From positions 3,778 to 67,777 of the forward strand of contig CAIZVZ010000012.1 in NCBI GenBank assembly GCA_903936565.1: 64,000 nucleotides of DNA, written 5' to 3'. The notes below the pieces were generated by a model, which was not told the DNA's origin, searched no databases, and saw only the letters and a list, made by a program, of their open reading frames with translations. The number at the start of each line of letters is the position of its first letter. Positions within the stretch are counted from its first letter, which is position 1. The stretch comes from an uncultured bacterium (GTDB lineage Bacteria > Patescibacteriota > Minisyncoccia > Phycocordibacterales > CAIZLB01). Made by a program: the position numbers and the translations under genes. Of this stretch, positions 61,328-64,000 are shown in pieces.

Positions 61328-61461
61328 CAGCTGATTTTTCCTCTATGTGCGAAGCGCATAAATATTAGATTAAATCATCCCGAGCCTCGCGAGGGACAGT
61401 TTTTGCAAGCCTTATTTATCAACGTATTTTCGGGTGGGGTATTGTGGGGTTCGAACTTCTG
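61328..61461 (+). repeat. Structured intergenic element, copy A
   Basis: CAGCTGATTTTT, internal hairpins, then AAGCCTTATTT..GTATTTT.GGGTGGGGTA..TTCGAAC.TCTG. Confidence 0.7.
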
Positions 61462-61477
61462 ATATAATATTTGTTAT

Positions 61478-62572
61478 ATGAATAATAAATTAAAAATATC
61501 ATTAATCGTCGTAATAATTGTCGTTTTAGTAATTGCAATCGTACAATCGTCAAAACAATCAAACTCTCAGATAAAAATCGGGGCAGTAATACCTCTAACT
61601 GGCACTGGAGCATTTTGGGGTGAGCCAGCTCAAAATGGAATCTTCTTAGCGCAAGATACAATAAATAAAAAGTATGGACCTAACGCGGTAAATATATTAA
61701 TTGAGGATGGTAAGAGTGTGCCGCCTGAGTCGGTTACAGCAGCACAAAAGCTATTGTCAGTAGATAAGGTGGATGCCGTGTATACAGAACTGTCAGGTCC
61801 AAGTGGCGCCGTTGCACCTGTCGTAAAAAATGCAAATAAAATATATTATTATAGTGCATTCAACCCATCGATTATATCTCAAAATGATAATTCAATAAAA
61901 GGATTCCTTTCTTTTTATGACCCTTGTGATGTGTTTGGAAGATATTTGCAACGTATGGATATAAAGAAAGTAGCTATATTTAATCAGTTTGCAGGTGTGG
62001 CACCTTCTTGTCTTGCTGCGCTTGATAAATATATATCTAAAGACAACATATTACTTTTTGAAAATCTACCAAAAGATAATGATTACAGAAGTATTCTTCT
62101 GGAGATAAAGAATTTTGGAGCTGGTGCTGTAATTGGTATGACATATGAAGGTCCGTCATTGGCGTGGATAAGGCAAATGCACGACCTCGGTATTAAGATT
62201 CCAGTATTTAGTGGGGTTGAAGCATCTCTTACTCAAAAAAATATTGATACAATCGGTGCTGACAAATTAGCAGGTAGTTTGTACTTTACGCCGAAGATTA
62301 ATCAGAGTTTTATTGAATTATATAATCAAAAATATCCAAATAGACCAGGTTCAGATTTAGAGCCAGCAGCTTATGCTTACGAAGCGATGGTGAATCTTGC
62401 TGAGGCTATGGTTACATGTAAATCTAATGTAGCATGTACTGTTCAGTCATTCCGAAATCGTAATAGTGACGCAGGTGCTATTTCTGACACAAAATATATT
62501 GATAGAGTGTTAACTTCTACTTTAAATTATTACCTAATCAATTCTGGTACAAGCACTCCGTTTAACATTTGA
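61478..62572 (+). CDS. LivJ/K-like periplasmic binding protein type 1
   Basis: TM anchor, IKIGAVIPLTG, IEDG..P..SVTAAQKL and AYAYEAM. Confidence 0.85.
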   Translation: MNNKLKISLIVVIIVVLVIAIVQSSKQSNSQIKIGAVIPLTGTGAFWGEPAQNGIFLAQDTINKKYGPNAVNILIEDGKSVPPESVTAAQKLLSVDKVDAVYTELSGPSGAVAPVVKNANKIYYYSAFNPSIISQNDNSIKGFLSFYDPCDVFGRYLQRMDIKKVAIFNQFAGVAPSCLAALDKYISKDNILLFENLPKDNDYRSILLEIKNFGAGAVIGMTYEGPSLAWIRQMHDLGIKIPVFSGVEASLTQKNIDTIGADKLAGSLYFTPKINQSFIELYNQKYPNRPGSDLEPAAYAYEAMVNLAEAMVTCKSNVACTVQSFRNRNSDAGAISDTKYIDRVLTSTLNYYLINSGTSTPFNI

Positions 62573-62589
62573 TTTACAGAATCAAAAGA

Positions 62590-62666
62590 GGGTATTTTTG
62601 TACTGCGAGAGCTTTATCATACTCACGCTAATCCTCCCATACATCCCCACCAGTTCGGAAATACTC
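62590..62666. repeat. Inverted pair of related half-motifs (element B)
   Basis: GGGTATTTTTGTACTG ... CAGTTCGGAAATACTC; minus strand reads GAGTATTT..TGGTGGGGATGTATGGGA. Confidence 0.45.
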
Positions 62667-62716
62667 AATCATCCCCAGCAAGTTATTTCCAAATATTGCT
62701 GTGATATAATAGATGT

Positions 62717-63451
62717 ATGAAGAAAATTATTTACATTATTTTAACATTGGCTTTAGTTGGAATCCTCTTTTATTATAGTATTGGAAGCAAGAAGGAAGAA
62801 ATAGTAAACAGTCCGATAAATGATTCTGAAACAGAATATGTATCTTATAAAAATTCCAAATATAGCCCAGAATTCATTTACCCTAAATCATGGGGCGAAG
62901 TTATCATAAAAGAAGGATATAAAATATGTCCTGAGGAAGGAGTTAAGTATATCACAGGTGATACACTACAAGTTTTTGACTGGGAATTCGCCTTTAATGA
63001 GATGAAGCTACCAGGATCAGAAAGTATTATTCAGGTTGGTATTCGACAGTATGAGCTTAACCCCCAAAAACTGAATGATTGCGGGGATGATTTTCATTTA
63101 AAGATTGCCAGAAAAGAAGTTATTCCTGAATCACTATCTTCTTTTATGTTAAATTCAGTAACACTTAAAAGTGGTCTGTCTGGTACTTATAATAAGGAGG
63201 CTAGCCGACTCAATACGGAGGCACGAACACAATATGCTTTATTTGTTTTACAAAACTCAAGAATATATATTCTTCAACCTTACATGAGGTTTATGCCTTA
63301 TTTTGGTTCTCCTGAGTCAAAAGAAATGGAGCAAGAATTTGATGGGGATATGAGTAATTATATAAAGAATGGAAAAACAGCCGAAAATATAAGAAAATAT
63401 TTGGAAGAATTTACTAAGATGACAGAAAGTTTAAAATTTTCAGCTAAATAA
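62717..63451 (+). CDS. Membrane-anchored/secreted hypothetical protein
   Basis: N-terminal TM and YKNSKY..F.YP.SW motif. Confidence 0.75.
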   Translation: MKKIIYIILTLALVGILFYYSIGSKKEEIVNSPINDSETEYVSYKNSKYSPEFIYPKSWGEVIIKEGYKICPEEGVKYITGDTLQVFDWEFAFNEMKLPGSESIIQVGIRQYELNPQKLNDCGDDFHLKIARKEVIPESLSSFMLNSVTLKSGLSGTYNKEASRLNTEARTQYALFVLQNSRIYILQPYMRFMPYFGSPESKEMEQEFDGDMSNYIKNGKTAENIRKYLEEFTKMTESLKFSAK

Positions 63452-63491
63452 TTTTTAAATCTAAACTTGCTCCAACATCGTCCTAAACAGC

Positions 63492-63603
63492 CAGCCGATT
63501 TTTAAGCGTAAAAATCGCGCAGAAATCAGCAGATTTCTGCCTAAATGTTAAGCCTTATTTCCAGAGTATTTTTGGGTGGGGTAATATAGGATTCAAACAT
63601 CTG
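63492..63603 (+). repeat. Structured intergenic element, copy C
   Basis: CAGCCGATTTTT, two hairpins, then a 54-nt block matching 61407-61461 at about 44 of 55 positions by manual alignment. Confidence 0.7.
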
Positions 63604-63658
63604 TCTGTCAATAAATTAGGTATATTAATAAATATATAATCTTGATATACTATCTAAA

Positions 63659-64000
63659 ATGCAAAATCAAAAGCCGATATACGACATGGGTAACGCCACA
63701 GCTGGGATTTTTAAGGGTAATTCAATTTCAAATGCAATAAAGGAAATTTATGGAGAGTCAGCTAGCCTATTTGCTAATCTTATAAAATCTAAATTACCTG
63801 ATACAGCAAGAGAATATACATTACTGGACATTGGGTCGTCTAAGGGGGAATTACTATCTGATATTTTAGCACTTTTACCAGAGTATAATTTTGATATAAC
63901 AGTTACAGACACAAACCCTGATGCTGTATCTCAAAACTGCATTAATGGAAAGAAGATAGTAGCAGATGCCGAGTCGCTACCACTTGATGATAAAAGTATT
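63659..64000 (+). CDS. Class I SAM-dependent methyltransferase (truncated by the window end)
   Basis: Open to the end; LLDIGSSKG, VTDTN and VADAESLPL. Confidence 0.8.
   Translation, partial: MQNQKPIYDMGNATAGIFKGNSISNAIKEIYGESASLFANLIKSKLPDTAREYTLLDIGSSKGELLSDILALLPEYNFDITVTDTNPDAVSQNCINGKKIVADAESLPLDDKSI

Larger units (their letters stand above)
45722..64000. mobile_element. tRNA-Gln-associated genomic island (serine recombinase, defence cargo); right end not seen
   Basis: Begins at the tRNA 3' end; contains a large serine recombinase, methylases, nucleases and phage-type genes, with no housekeeping genes. Confidence 0.65.

Noticed and set aside
60988-61368. 126-aa ORF
   Set aside because: Starts inside the palindrome and crosses hairpins, with no recognisable motifs; probably spurious
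61432-61457. tRNA gene on the minus strand
   Set aside because: Only a TTCGAA T-loop-like stretch; the T-stem does not pair and no cloverleaf forms
62671-62680. CCCAGCA as attR copy of the tRNA-Gln 3' end
   Set aside because: Only 7 nt match TCTCCCAGCA, which is expected by chance; no convincing attR was seen in the window
61328-63603. Integron attC sites
   Set aside because: No clear RYYYAAC...GTTRRRY box arrangement and no tyrosine integrase in the window

Overview
This is a 64-kb, AT-rich bacterial window using genetic code 11 (TGA is a stop). It most resembles a Patescibacteria/CPR (Parcubacteria-like) chromosome; that is an inference from the compact RpoB, Zn-less short DnaX, Lys-rich RpoD N-terminus, paired DsbA genes, minimal PilB/PilC cluster and widespread apparently leaderless genes. 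Positions 1-45.7 kb are core chromosome: trmD, two tandem GT2 paralogs, rpoB-rpoC-dnaG-rpoD, a UvrD-nuclease fusion, a two-component pair, truB, type IV pilus genes, gpmI, eno, dus, dnaX and tRNA-Gln(UUG). About a dozen GC-richer orphan ORFs are interleaved with these; most appear to be self-contained units with a leader and a GC-rich 3' hairpin. They include two apparently catalytically dead HAD-like proteins and two degenerate receiver domains. From tRNA-Gln to the window end lies an island with a large serine recombinase, phage-type ParB-methylase and terminase-small-like genes, and cargo. The cargo comprises (i) a tight four-gene SF2 helicase + amino-MTase + C5-MTase + DUF3883-type nuclease operon, (ii) a DUF2779-type nuclease + UDG-like + putative glycosylase operon, and (iii) a 44-bp perfect palindrome followed by single genes separated by a recurring structured intergenic motif that may be a recombination site. 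All family calls come from motif recognition by eye; no database searches were run.
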